Assembly (NCBI GenBank): GCA_977017645.1
Contig: OZ360223.1
Location: 204,352,001 to 204,416,000, forward strand
DNA length: 64,000 nt
Source: Torpedo marmorata
Lineage: Eukaryota
Reading direction: 5' to 3'
Shown here: one piece after another, positions 1 through 12,888 of the stretch
Numbering within the stretch: position 1 is the first letter of the stretch
Layout of the letters: each line of letters begins with the position of its first letter
Made by a program: the position numbers and the translations under genes
Notes under the pieces: generated by a model
The model's input: the letters and a program-made list of their open reading frames with translations, nothing else
What the model was told of the DNA's origin: nothing
Database searches by the model: none

Positions 1-400
1 GGTCATCCACTTTCATACACAACAGTAAAGCAAAAGATTTGTTAAATGAAGCAGTGTTGATACTGAAAGGGCATTGGTGTGCTTGTACTCACTGAAAATT
101 AACATGCACGTGCAGCAAGTGATTAAGAGGGAAAATGCTATGATTCCGTTTATTACAAGAAATTTGATTACCGATAGAGAAGTCTTATTACAATTGTATA
201 GAGCCTTGGTAAGACCATACACTAGGATACAGCATTTAGCTTTGGTCCTCTTACCCAAGGAAGGATGCACCTTCTAACGGGGAATGTGAAGATTAGCGGG
301 ACTGATTCCAGGAATGGCAAGCTTGCTCTACAAGGAGAGATTTTGGATTGTATTCATTCAAGTTTAGGAGGATGAGAGGAGATCTGACAAAACTGACACT
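1..400 (+). mobile_element. Degraded CR1-type LINE fragment (3' part of ORF2)
   Basis: ORF 74-277 has EVLLQLYRALVRP, typical of the CR1 ORF2 C-terminal region; many frameshifts. Confidence 0.7.
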
Positions 401-2222
401 GTGAAAGGGCTTATATACAGCACAGAACAGGCCCTTCTGCCTAACTTGTCTTTGCTGACCAAGTTGGCATTCTGGACTAGTCCCATTTGCCAGAATTTGT
501 TCCATATCCTTCTATGCCCTTCCTATCCATTTATCTGTCCAAGTTTATTTTGTGCTTGTACCTACTTCTATAACTTCCTCCAGCAGCTCATTTCAGGTAC
601 AAACTACACTGAGTGGAAAAGTTGTCCCTCAAGTACCTCTTCAATCTCTCTCCTCTCACCTACACCTTCCAGATCTAGAATCATCTGCACAGTACTCCAA
701 GTGTGGTCTCTCCAATGCCTTGTACAGCTGTATCACGAGGTCCAAACTTTTGTACTCAGCACCCTGCAAAATGAAGGCAAGCATGCTGAATGCCTTCCTC
801 ACCACCCTGTCCACCCTAGTCACCACTTTCGTGAAACCATGCAGCTCTACCTCTCGGTCTCTCTGTTCTTCAATACCGTGGATCTTCCAGTGGCCACCCA
901 TTTCAATTCTCCATCCCATTCCCTTGCTGACTGTCTGTCCATGGTCTCAAGCACTGCCAGACTGAGACCACCCGCAAATTGGAGGAACAACACCTCATCT
1001 TCTGACTGGGCACCCTCCAACCGGGTGGCATTAATAGCGACTTCTCTGGCTTTTGTTAACCCCCCCCCCTTCTTCCCCCATCACCTTTCCCTATCTCTGT
1101 CTCTCCATTCCATCTCCTTTCGCACAAACAGGATAAATTCTTACCTCCTCCCTTATCATATCCAATTAACACCTTTTGTTGGTCTGGATTCCTCCCCCAG
1201 CCAGCATTGTCTGAATTCTGAGCCTTTCTGAGATTTCCTGCTTCTGGCTTATTCCTTGAAGAAGGGCTCAGGCCCGAAAGGTCGGCAATATATCTTTATC
1301 TCCTATAGACGCTGAAAAGGTCGGCTGAGTTCCTCCAGCATTTTGGTGTTTTTTTCTCTGTTCTACAACATCCTCCAGGGTCCTGCTATTTACTGTGCAA
1401 GTCCTACCTTTTTGACTTACCAAAGTGCAACAACTCATACTTGTTAGAGTTAAATTCCATTTGCCACTCCTTGGCCTATCTTCCCAAATGATCCAGATCT
1501 CATTGTAAACTTGGATATCCTTTCTCACTGTCCACTATACCCCCAATTTTAGTGTCATCTGCAAATTTACTGACCACTTTAACTTCATTGCCATCCAAAC
1601 AAGTAATCCAGATAATAATCAACAATTGACCCAGCACCGACCCCTGCAGGTCATGGGCCTCTTTCGAAAAGCAATCTCTACTGCTACCCTTTGCCTCTAT
1701 CCACAAAGTAAATTTTGAATCCAATTGGCCAGCTCACCCTGGATCTGATGTGATCTAGCTTTCCAGATTAATCTGCCATACCAGTGGTCACCTATTCAAA
1801 AACATTCTTGTCAGATTCATGGGACACAATCTCTGATACACAAAGCCATGCTGACTACCCCCAATCAGTTCCTGCCGATACAAATGCTGATAGATCCTGT
1901 TCCTCAAAACCCCCTCCAGCAACTTTCCCACGAATGATGTCAGGCTCAGAGTCCTGCAATTCCCTGGCTTGTCTATGCTACCCTTTTTAAATAAAGGCAC
2001 AAGAACCACCATCCAGTCTTCCAATACCCAAAGTTATGAAAATATTTCTGCAAAGGTTTTTAATTCCCACAAGGTCCCAGGATGCACTTGATCAGATCCT
2101 GAGGATTTGCCACCTTATTGCACCCAAGGTTGCCAATACCATCTCCCTGGTACTTTGTACATGGTCCAGGACATCACAACATATTTTCTTCAAAACCTTT
2201 GCTTCCATTGCCTCTTCTGCAA
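401..2222 (-). mobile_element. Degraded CR1-type LINE (RT region to 3' end), interrupted by a Penelope-like insertion at ~874-1354
   Basis: Minus-strand ORF pieces VPLFKKGSIDKPGNCR, QGSVLG...SKFADDTKIGGIVDSE and QLYKALERPHLEYC. Confidence 0.85.
874..1354 (+). mobile_element. Penelope-like element 3' fragment (GIY-YIG C-terminus plus terminal repeat)
   Basis: DLPVATHFNSPSHS and RKLEEQHLIF segments match the copy at 62.7-63.6 kb; flanked by near-perfect duplication TCTCTGTTCT(T/A)CAA at 860-873 and 1355-1368. Confidence 0.8.
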
Positions 2223-3210
2223 CTTAAAACATACTAGTTTTCTAACTTTATCTATTCTGAACAGGTCACACACCAGCAGAGTTAACTTTGTTTCTTTCTC
2301 CACAGATGATAACTGAAAATTTTCATACATTTCTGTTTTTATTTCTGTGAGTGAACAACTTAAATCCTCATGCAACAGAGATTAGGAACATGAGCAGCAA
2401 CAAGATGAATAAAAGGACAAATTAACCGAGAGTGAAAAAGTCATACTTTGAAAGTGTACAAATGGGAAAGATAACGTGAAATAGACTTAAGGTCCTGCCA
2501 TCATATATGCATCAAAACTGCTGTTATACAATTGCTAATTGAGCTCCAAATCCGGTTTTCGCTCAAATACATGAAAACACATAAAATATCTTTGTCGATT
2601 CAACAGTTGCAATCATAACATTAGTCCCTTAAAAAAAAAATGACTGTTGTGAAAACTAGAACCTGCAGATGCAGGAGATCTGAAATAAAAACAGGAAATG
2701 ATGACTTGCTCAACAGGTTAACTTCAGGTTGATGAACCTTGTCAGAAAATTGCATTCTATTGTTCTTTTCTTTTTAATTTTATTTATTGATTTTTAAAAC
2801 AAATAAAGTCAAATAATACAGAGGCAGTCAGTGCAAGAGTATACAATAATTACAATACAAGGATAATAATAAAGAAAATTATAATTACAAATGTCATTAA
2901 GTCCCCTCTCAGAAGTAATAATACAAGGAAAGAGCAATCAAGGAATGGCCACATAAAACTGACATACCCCAAAACATAAGAGCAAAGGAAAAAGAAAGGA
3001 AAAGAAAAAAAAAGGAATCTAAACTACAACTAACTAACAGAAAAGGGGAGGAAATCTAAACCCTAATCCATGCGTGTCTGAAACTGGCTAAGATAAAGAA
3101 AAAAAGAGAGAAAGAATGTTATAAAGCCCGTATTACAATGTCGGAAAGAGGCTCATAAACGAACCCCATATCCTCTGAAAATTGAGATTCTTATCAAGAT
3201 TAGAACAACA

Positions 3211-5847
3211 CAAGTTTCTAAAACTATAAATGCTATAAAGAAAAGTAATGGAGATATAACTTATAAACCTCAAGAAATAAACAATTCTTTTAAAGAATAT
3301 TATCAAAATTTATATACTTCACAAATGAGTCAAGATGTTGTTAAAATTGATGATTTTTTATCTAAAATTATGTTGCCTAAATTAAATAGTTCTAATAGAG
3401 ATTTGTTAGATCTACCAATTACAATGAGAGAAGTAGGTGAAGCTTTATCTTCATTGAATAGTGGTAAATCTCCGGGTGATGATGGATTTCCTGTAGAGTT
3501 TTATAAGAAGTTTAAAGATTTATTGATACCTATATATATGGAAGTATTGACTCAAATAAAGGAAACTCAGTTATTACCGAAAACATTTTTAAATGCTGTT
3601 ATTACAGTTATACCGAAGAAGGATAGAGATGTATTGAAAACTGAATCGTATAGACCTATATCATTGTTAAATGTAGATTATAAATTAATGGCAAAAATAT
3701 TGACAAATAGATTAGCTAAGTTTTTACCATTTTTAATACATTCAGATCAAGCAGGATTTATTAAAAATAGATATTCAAAGGATAATATAGCAAGATTAAT
3801 AAGTTTGATTAATTTACAAAAAAAGAAACAGGATTTACCGTTAGTGATAGCATTAGATGCAGAAAAAGCATTTGATAGATTAGAGTGGAAGTTTTTATTT
3901 AAGGTTTTAGAGAAATATGGATTTGGAAATACGTTTATAAATTGGATTAAAACTATATATAAGGAACCTACAGCTAAAGTAATCACAAATGGTCAAATAT
4001 CATCTAAATTTTCTTTGACACGGTCAACAAGACAAGGGTGTCCATTGTCACCTGCTTTATTTGTATTGGCAATAGAACCGTTGGCGGAAATGATTAGGAA
4101 AGATATGATTATAAAAGGGATAAAAGTAGGTACAGAAGAGCATAAAATTAGTTTGTTTGCAGATGATGTATTAATATATATGACAAAGTCTATTGAATCA
4201 CTTCAACAATTGGATAAAATATTGAGGGATTATGGTGAAATATCTGGATATAAAATAAATTCGGATAAAAGTGAAATAATGGCTTTATCTCAAGGAGATT
4301 ATACTAAATGTAAAGAAGTTACAAAATTTAAATGGGCTAAAGAAGCTATTAAATATTTGGGAGTAAAAGTGGATACAAAGTTAGAAAATTTATATAAATT
4401 AAATTATATACCTTTATTTCAGAAAATAAAGAAGGATTTAGATAATTGGAAAGATTTACCTATAACTTTAATAGGAAGAGTGAATTGTATTAAAATGAAT
4501 ATTTTTCCAAGAGTTCAATATCTTTTTCAATCTATACCTTTTAGTATTCCTCAAAAATTTTTTAAAGATTTAAAAAGTATTATCAGAAAGTTTTTATGGA
4601 AAGGAAAACTGGCAAGAGTAAGTATGGATAAATTAACTTGGGAATATGAAATGGGTGGATTACAACTTCCTAATTTTCAATATTATTATAAGGCAGCACA
4701 ATTAAAGTTTATAAATGAATTATTTGATTTAACTAAAAATACGGCTTGGATTAATATAGAATTAAATAATATAGGAGAAAGAAATAAAGAAGATATTATT
4801 TATAAATGGAATTCTAAATTATTATTGATTAAAAAGAAAAAGTCACCGATTATTAGACATTTATTAGAGATTTGGAATCAACTAGATAATGAAATAGGGC
4901 GAAAAGGATCAATTTCTTTAAATATGCCATTATATCAGAATTTATTATTACCATTTTCTATGGATAATCAATTTTTAAAAGTATGGCATCAAAAAGGAAT
5001 TAAGAAGATTAAAGATTGTTTTGAGGCAGGACGATTTGTTACTTTTTCGAGATTGAAAGAAAAATTTGGAATAATGGATAATACAATTTTAGCTTATTAT
5101 CAAGTTAAAGGATTTTTAGTTGAGAAATTAGGGAATCAATTAATATCCCCTAGACAGGATGGGTTAGAATTATTAATTACTAATGGAAATGTCAATAAAT
5201 TTATATCGCAAATGTATAAATTATTTCAGAAAAAGATACCTAAAGTAGGATTGCATAAATCTAGATTAAATTGGGAATCAGATCTAAATACTAATATAGA
5301 TGAACAACATTGGAAAGAATTGTGTAAATTGAGTATGACTAAGATTATTAATGTTAGATATAGATTAGTACAGTATAATTTTTTCCATCAACTATATATA
5401 ACACCTAAAAGATTAAAGAAATTTAACCCGGCATTGTCAGATATGTGTTTTAGATGTAAAGACGAAATAGGTTCTTTTGTACATTGTACATGGTCGTGTT
5501 TGAAAATTAAAAATTTTTGGTCTAAAGTTAAAGATTTTTTAGATAGAATTTTTAATATTATGATTCCATTGGATCCCATGATATTTCTATTTGGAGATAT
5601 AAAAAGAATTAGTATTAGAAATAGATTAAATATGTATCAAATAGAATTTTTAAGAATTGTGTTAGCTATATCAAAAAAATGTATTGCTATTACTTGGAAA
5701 TCAGATTTAGATTTGAATTTAGATAGATTACATGCAGAGTTACGTTCATGTATACCTTTGGAAAAAATTACTTATAATTTACGAGATAAATATCATTTCT
5801 TTTTGAAAATTTGGAGCCCATATATGAGAATTATGGGTATGAATTAA
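3211..5847 (+). CDS. L1 ORF2 remnant: reverse transcriptase and C-terminal CCHC region, endonuclease missing (first ATG at 3325)
   Basis: Open frame from the 5' junction; motifs KSPGDDGF, YRPISLLNVDYK, LDAEKAFD, TRQGCPLSP, LFADD, KYLG, CFRC...H....C. Confidence 0.9.
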   Translation, partial: QVSKTINAIKKSNGDITYKPQEINNSFKEYYQNLYTSQMSQDVVKIDDFLSKIMLPKLNSSNRDLLDLPITMREVGEALSSLNSGKSPGDDGFPVEFYKKFKDLLIPIYMEVLTQIKETQLLPKTFLNAVITVIPKKDRDVLKTESYRPISLLNVDYKLMAKILTNRLAKFLPFLIHSDQAGFIKNRYSKDNIARLISLINLQKKKQDLPLVIALDAEKAFDRLEWKFLFKVLEKYGFGNTFINWIKTIYKEPTAKVITNGQISSKFSLTRSTRQGCPLSPALFVLAIEPLAEMIRKDMIIKGIKVGTEEHKISLFADDVLIYMTKSIESLQQLDKILRDYGEISGYKINSDKSEIMALSQGDYTKCKEVTKFKWAKEAIKYLGVKVDTKLENLYKLNYIPLFQKIKKDLDNWKDLPITLIGRVNCIKMNIFPRVQYLFQSIPFSIPQKFFKDLKSIIRKFLWKGKLARVSMDKLTWEYEMGGLQLPNFQYYYKAAQLKFINELFDLTKNTAWINIELNNIGERNKEDIIYKWNSKLLLIKKKKSPIIRHLLEIWNQLDNEIGRKGSISLNMPLYQNLLLPFSMDNQFLKVWHQKGIKKIKDCFEAGRFVTFSRLKEKFGIMDNTILAYYQVKGFLVEKLGNQLISPRQDGLELLITNGNVNKFISQMYKLFQKKIPKVGLHKSRLNWESDLNTNIDEQHWKELCKLSMTKIINVRYRLVQYNFFHQLYITPKRLKKFNPALSDMCFRCKDEIGSFVHCTWSCLKIKNFWSKVKDFLDRIFNIMIPLDPMIFLFGDIKRISIRNRLNMYQIEFLRIVLAISKKCIAITWKSDLDLNLDRLHAELRSCIPLEKITYNLRDKYHFFLKIWSPYMRIMGMN

Positions 5848-6142
5848 TTCTCTAAAAGTTAGTACTGCTGACAAAAGTAACCTCCATATATAATTAGAGT
5901 TAGTCTGAAATAGTTTTCTCCTCATACTAACATTCTTAACTTTATTTCTCATTCTATTTCTTTCCTTTTAACTAACACTTCTATATATATATATTTTTTT
6001 TTTTTTTTTTATCTTTCTTTATTAGAATAGTGTGGGAGGGTTGGGGAGGGGAGGGAGGGAAGGGAGGGTGGTAAATGTATCACATGTATTTTGAACAATA
6101 TATTATTTTTGACTATGTATTTTGTGATTTTAAAAATTAAAT

Positions 6143-6172
<30 letters not shown>
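3211..6172 (+). mobile_element. Young 5'-truncated L1-clade LINE nested in the minus-strand L1
   Basis: 15-bp TSD AAGATTAGAACAACA at 3196-3210 and 6173-6187; 3' UTR, AATAAA and pure poly(A) at 6151-6172. Confidence 0.95.
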
Positions 6173-6174
<2 letters not shown>

Positions 6175-8967
6175 GATTAGAACAACAAATTTGTTCCAAC
6201 GTCAAGCATGACATCACACAGTTGAGCCAGTGGCGATGTGAAGGGGGATCAACGTCTTTCCAGTGTAAAAGAATATTTTTCCTAGCAATAAGTGACGTAA
6301 ATGCTATCACATGCAATTGCGACTTCGTAAGTTTAGAGTCATTCACTTTATAAATCCCGAATAAACCCATAAACGGGTTAGGAGTTAAATTGACATCAAG
6401 AACACTGGACCACGTCTGAAAAATACTAGACCAGTAATTATATAACGAAGGACATGTCCAAAACATATGGTATAAGGTACCTTCCTCGATTTTACATCTA
6501 TCCCAAAGGGGGAAAGATTTGGGTAAAATTTAGCTAATCGAGACTTAGAATAATGAGCTCGATGAACAACTTTAAGCTGGATAAATGAATGGCGAGCACA
6601 TAAAGAAGAAAATTAATAGCTAGGAGCACCCGTTCCCATACGGAAACAGAAATCTCCTCTTGAAAATCTAGCTCCCGCTGCTGTTTAACCTTTCATAATA
6701 TATCCTCCCTGTAACTAGAACGAGTCAATAATAAATAAAAGAGATAATTTCCAAATTTAATGCTTGAGGGAGGCACAATTTAAGCGAAATTAAGTAGTTC
6801 CTGACTTGAAGATATCGGAAAAAATGTTGAGCAGGTAAGTTAAATTTAGTAACTACGGTAATTGTTGAAATGTTGCAAGATTACCATCCACATATAAATC
6901 CAGGGAAGTCCTAATCCCAAGTGTTGACCATCTGCGGAAACCGCTATCCATTGTTGATGGGAGAAAAAAAGAATTATACAAAAACGGGACTATTCAATAG
7001 AAAACCATGCGCACCTACAAACTTCCTAAATTGAAACCAAATTCGTAAAGTATGTTTAACAACCAAATTAGTCACAAATTTAGAAACAGAGAAAGGCAGA
7101 GTGGCGCCCAAGACCGATATAAGTGAATGTTTTTTAATAGAGTTTAATTCAAATTCCAGCCATGGACTAACCAGTCTGTCTCCCACCGCATGAACCCAAA
7201 AATTAACATATTTAATATTAGCGGCCCAGTAATACAACCTAAAGTTTGGGAGGCCAAGACCACCCTCCTTCTTGGATTTTTGTAAAAAGATCTTCCTGAC
7301 ACGGGCCACTTTATTATTCCAAATATAAGATATCATTGAATCTAGTTTATCAAAATAAGATTTAGGTAAGAAAACGGGAAGCGCCTGAAATACATATAAT
7401 AATTTAGGCAAAACACTCATTTTAACCAAGTTTACCCTTCCCACAAAAGAAGTGGAAAGGGGAGACCATTGAGCAAGTAATTTTTTAATTGTGGTTAATA
7501 AAGTGAGATAATTCTCCTTATACAAGTTACCAAATTGTAAAGTTAAATTCACTCCCAAGTATGTAAAGAAATTTGTAACAACCTTAAACGGTATATCAAA
7601 ATCTAAGGTATGAGGGGGTTTAAGGACAAACTGAGTTTATAACCGGAAAATTTACCAAATTTTTTAAGCAACAATAATACCGCTGGAATAGAACGTTCAG
7701 GGTTAGAAATATATAATAAATATCTCATCATATTGTCGAAAGGCAGTCGCTAAAGGTTCAAGAGCTCGGTCAAACAATAACGGGCTAAGAGGGCAGCCTT
7801 GCCGAGTACCATGATATAATCTAAAGGGGGAAGACTTCTTAAAATTTGTGACCACAGAAGCTGTGGGAGATGAATACATTAATTTAATCCAATTTATAAA
7901 CTAAGGACCAAAATTAAATTTATTTAATACAGCAAATAAATAAGCCCACTCCACCCTATCAAATGCCTTCTCAGCGTCTAATGAGATAATACATTCTTTT
8001 GGAGATGCGCTAGTAGAATAAATGATGTTTAAGGTCCTTTGAATATTAAACTGTAAATAGCGACCTTTAACAAAACCAGTCTGATCATCAGAAATTATAT
8101 TGGAATCACCTCTTCTAATCTGTGAGTAAGAATTTTAGACAAAATTTTTGCATCCACATTAATAAGACAGATGGGGCGATAGGAAGCACAGTCAGCAGGA
8201 TCTTTATTTTTCTTAAGTATTAAAGAAATAGAAGCTTCATAAAAGGAGTTAGGCTGCTTACCCGCCACCTTAGCCTCTTTCAGTGTCAATTCTAAATAAG
8301 GAAGTAGGAGATCTTTGAATGTTTTGTAGAATTCTACAGAAAATCCATCTGGGCCGGGGGCTTTACCTGATTGTATAGAATTAATAGCCTTTAAAATCTC
8401 ACCCGAAGAAATGGGCCTCTCCAACCCCAATTTAATTTCTGCCGATAATGTAGGGATATCTAAATTATCCAAAAATTGATCTATTTCTAAAGGATCATCA
8501 GGCGCCTCAGAACTGTATAACACTGAATAGAATTCCCGAAAAGCATCATTTATCTGATCATGATTCGTAGTTAAAATACCATCCTTCTTTCGAATCTCCG
8601 TAATAAATTGATTAACATTATGAAATTTAATTTGATTAGCAAGTAATTTGCAAACTTTATCCCCATGAACATAAAAATCTGATCTACTCTTTAGCAAATA
8701 GGGCTCAATAGGATAGGTAAAAAGCATATCATGTCTCGACTTAAGCTCACAGCCAAAGTTAGGAGAGATTCTGTTAAAGAACGCAACAAGTTGCTGTCAG
8801 ATATTAGGCTCACAGAACAACAATGTGCTTCGCAAACAGATTAGGCTCTTTTTAAAAGACGCATTCTATTGTTCTTACAGAATATATTTTTAGACTATGC
8901 AATAAGAATAACACATCACTATCAAAGTTCCAGAGAAAGGGAATCTGTGCCAGTTGCTGCAATTACC

Positions 8968-11133
8968 AGATTCAGAATTTATTGTCATGAACGAGTCATG
9001 AAATTTGGTGTTTTGCGGCAGCATCATAGTGCAATTAACATTCATATTAACCATCTTACGACATTACTATAAAAAATTATAAACAATAGTGCACGAAAAG
9101 TAAGGCAGTGTCTTTGGTTCATTGATTATTCAGGAATCTGATGGCAGCGGGGAAGTAACTGTCCTTGTGCTGTTGAGTGCTCGTCTTTAGGCTCCTGTAC
9201 CTTTTTCCCGATGGAAGCAGAGTGAAGAGGGCATGGCCTGGGTGGTGGGGGTCTTTAAGAATAGAGGCTGCTTTTTTAAGCCACCGCCTCATGTAGATGT
9301 CCTCGATGGAGTGAAGTTTGGTGCCTGTGATGTCACAGGCCGAGTTAACAACCCTCTGGAGTTTACTCTTGTCCTGGGAGTTGGCGCCTCCATACCAGGC
9401 AGTGATGCAACCAGCCAGAATGCTCTCCACGGTACACCTGTAGAAGTTTACGAGAGTCTTCGGTGACATACCGAATCTCCGCAGACACCTCACAAAGTTT
9501 AGCCGCTGACGAGCCTTCTTTGTGATTGCATCCACGTGGATGCTCCAGGACAGATCCTCGGAGATGTTGACACCCAGGAATTTGAGGTTTTTGACCGTCT
9601 CCACTACTGAGCCCTCGATGAGGACTGGGTCGTGTTCCCCTGTCTTCCTCCTGAAGTCCAAAATCATCTCCTTGGTTTTGCTGACGTTGAGCTCAAGGTT
9701 GTTGCCATTACACCATTCAACGAGCTGATCTATCTCCCTCCTGTACGCTTCCTCATTGCCGTTTGTGATTCTGCCGACAACTGTGGTGTCATCGGCAAAC
9801 TTGTAGATGGCATTGGAATTGTGCCTGGCCACACAGTCATGGGTGTATAACGAGTAGAGCAGTGGACTAAGCACGCATCCTTGGGGTGCGCCTGTGTTGA
9901 TAATCAGTGAGGAGGAGACGTTGTTTCCAATTTGTACTGACTGTGGTCTTCCGATGAGAAATCAAGGATCCAGTTGCAGAGTAGGGTACAGAGGCCTAGA
10001 GTTTGTAGCTTCTTGACCAGCACTGAGGGAATAATGGTATTGAAGGCCGAGCTGTAGTCGATGAAGAGCAGCCGTATGTATGAATTGCTGTTTTCGAGGT
10101 GATCCAGAGCTGAGTGGAGAACCAGCGATATTGCATCTGCTGTGGAGCGATTGTGACGATAGGCGAATTGCAGTGGGTCCAGATCTTTGCTTAGGTACGT
10201 GTTAATTCTGGCCATGACCAGCCTCTCAAAGCATTTCATCACAGTAGAAGTTAGTGCTACTGGGCGGTAGTCGTTGAGGCAGCCCACACTACTCTTCTTG
10301 GGTACCGGGATGATAGATGCCCTTTTGAAGCAGGTGGGAACTTCTGACTGCCGCAATGAGATGTTGAAAATGTCCGTGAACACTCCGGCTAGTTGGTTGG
10401 CACAGATTTTCAGTACCCTGCCAGTTACGCCGTCAGGGCCTGACGCCTTGCGAGGGTTCACCCTCTTGAATAATGTTCTGACGTCACCCTCAGAGACAGA
10501 TATCACAGGGTCCTCAGCCTTTTCAGGGATTCTAGTAGGCACTGTTTTGTTCTTCTTCTCAAATCGGGCATAGAAGGTGTTCAGCTCATCGGGTAGTGAA
10601 GCATCACAGCCGTCTATAGTGTTTGCCCTCGCTTTGTTGGCTGTAATGGCCTGCACTCCCTGCCATAGCTGGCGTGTATCTGTCTATGTCTCTAGCTTCC
10701 TCCGGAATTGCCACTTTGCTTCAGAGATGACCTTCCGCAGGTCGTGCCTGGACTTCTTGTAAAGATCCCGGTCCCCGGACTTAAACGCCCTTGTTCTCGT
10801 CCTCAGCAGGTAGCGAATTCTCTGATTCATCCAGGGCTTCTGGTTGGGGAACACCCGGTATTTGCGCGTGGGCACACACTCATCCACGCAGGTCTTGATG
10901 AAGTCGGTGACACGGTTTCATATTCATTTCGGTCTATGGCTGAGTGCTTGAATATGTTCCAGTCCACCGATTCAAAGCAGTCCTGCAGACGCTCCTCTGC
11001 CCCCCTCGACCATACTTTCGCCGTCCTCACCACTGGTGCTGTGATCTTCAGTCTCTGCTTGTACGCCGGGAGTAGAAGCACAGCCAGGTGATCAGACTTG
11101 CTGAAGTGCTGTCGTGGTATGGCTTGGTATGCC
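8968..11133 (-). mobile_element. Rex1/Babar-type LINE, 5'-truncated, copy 1
   Basis: SDHLAVLLLPAY (end of endonuclease), [35 protein letters not shown]; tail AATAAATTCTGA; several frameshifts. Confidence 0.88.
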
Positions 11134-11352
11134 AGGTACCTATAGTTAAAATTTGACATTGAAACATGATACTTGAGCTAATATTGTTCTTGACCAAGAA
11201 ATTGACCATTCAGCTACTTCAAATTAGCTCAGTGTTCATGCACAATTTCTTTCCCTTCCCTGCCTGACCAAAGACATGTTCACTCTTTATAAATGTCGTC
11301 ACTTTTTTCTTTTATAAAAATATGATTATTCTATAGCCTCCAATTATCATTC

Positions 11353-12710
11353 CAGAATCAGAATTTATTGTCATGAACACGTCATGAAATTCGGTGCTTT
11401 GTGGCAGCATCACAGTGCAAACATTCATATTATAACCATCTCACGACATTACTATAAAAAATATAAATAATAGTGCACGAAAAGTAAGGCAGTGTCTTTG
11501 GTTCATTGATTATTCAGGAATCTGATGGCAGCGTGGAAGAAGCTGTCCTTGTGCCGTTGAGTGCTCGTCTTTAGGCTCCTGTAAATTTTTCCCCGATGGT
11601 AGCAGAGTGAAGAAGGCATGGCCTGGGTGGTGGGGATCTTTGAGGATAGGGGATGCTTTTTTAAGACACCGCCTCATGTAGATGTCCTCGATGGAGTGAA
11701 GTCTGATCCTGTGATGTCACAGGCCGAGTTAACAACCCTCTGGAGTTTATTCTTGTTCTGAGAGTTGGCGCCTCCATACCAGGCAGTGATGCAACCAGCC
11801 AGAATGCTCTCCACGGTACACCTGTAGTTTACGAGAGTCTTAGTCTTCTGTGACATACCAAATATCCTCAGACACCTCACAAAGTATAGCCGCTGGCAAG
11901 CCTTCTTTGTGATTGCATCAACGTGGAGGCTCCATACAGATCCTCGGAGATGTTGACACCCAGGAATTTGAAGTTCTTGACTCTCTCCACTACTGAGCCC
12001 TTGATGAGGACTGGGTCGTGTTCCCCTGACTTCCTTCTGAAGTCCACAATCATCTCCTTGGTTTTGCTGACATTGAGCTCAAGGTTGTTGTCGTTACACC
12101 ATTCAACGAGCTGATCTATCTCCCTCCTGTACGCTTCCTCATTGCCGTTTGTGATTCTGCCAACAACTGCGGTGTCATCGGCAAACTTGTAGATGGCATT
12201 GGAATTGTGCCTGGCCACACAGTCATGAGTGTATAACGAGTAGAGCAGTGGACTAAGCACGCATCCTTGGGGTGCGCCTGTGTTGATAATCAGTGAGGAG
12301 GAGACATTGTTTCCAATTCGTACTGACTGTGGTCTTCCGATGAAAAAGTCAAGGATCCAGTTGCAGAGTAGGGTACAGAGGCCTAGAGTTTGTAGCTTCT
12401 TGACCAGCACTGAGGGAATAATGGTATTGAAGGCCGAGCTGTAGTCGACGAAGAGCAACCGTATGTATGAATTGCTGTTTTCGAGGTGATCCAGAGCTGA
12501 GTGGAGAGCCAGCGATATTGCATCTGCTGTGGAGCGATTGTGACGATAGGCGAATTGCAGTGGGTCCAGATCTTTGCTTCGGGACGTGTTAATTCTGGCC
12601 ATGACCAGCCTCTGAAAGCATTTCATCACAGTAGAAGTTAGTGCTACTGGGCAGTAGTCGTTGAGGCAGCTCACACTACTCTTCTTGGGTACTGGGATGA
12701 TTGATGCCCT
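11353..12710 (-). mobile_element. Rex1/Babar-type LINE, 5'-truncated, copy 2
   Basis: Closely similar to 8968-10322; ORF 11877-12674 contains [10 protein letters not shown] and KFADD. Confidence 0.88.
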
Positions 12711-12888
12711 CTTCCATATTTAATATGCTCTTCTACTTTAAAGATACAGGAATATCATCCTGTTCCAAATTGATTAAAAGCATTGTTGGCATGAGTGGAG
12801 CAGGGGAAGGGTAATACTTATCAGCATTTGCTGATAAAAATCAAAACATCCTGTTGTCTAACAATGCATTATGAAATATTGGGCCATG

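Larger units (their letters stand above)
2768..8860 (-). mobile_element. 5'-truncated, 5'-inverted L1-clade LINE (frameshifted ORF2), host of a second L1
   Basis: ORF pieces 8095-8727 (GKAPGPDGF, YRPICLINVDAKIL), 6974-7558 (GGLGLPNF) and 6149-6466; frame resumes at 3210-3133; AATAAA and A-rich tail near 2770-2790; 16-bp TSD GCATTCTATTGTTCTT at 2752-2767 and 8861-8876. Confidence 0.92.

Noticed and set aside
3325-5847. 840-aa RT ORF as a domesticated gene or retron-like system
   Set aside because: Bounded by TSD and poly(A), lacks endonuclease and promoter: an ordinary truncated L1
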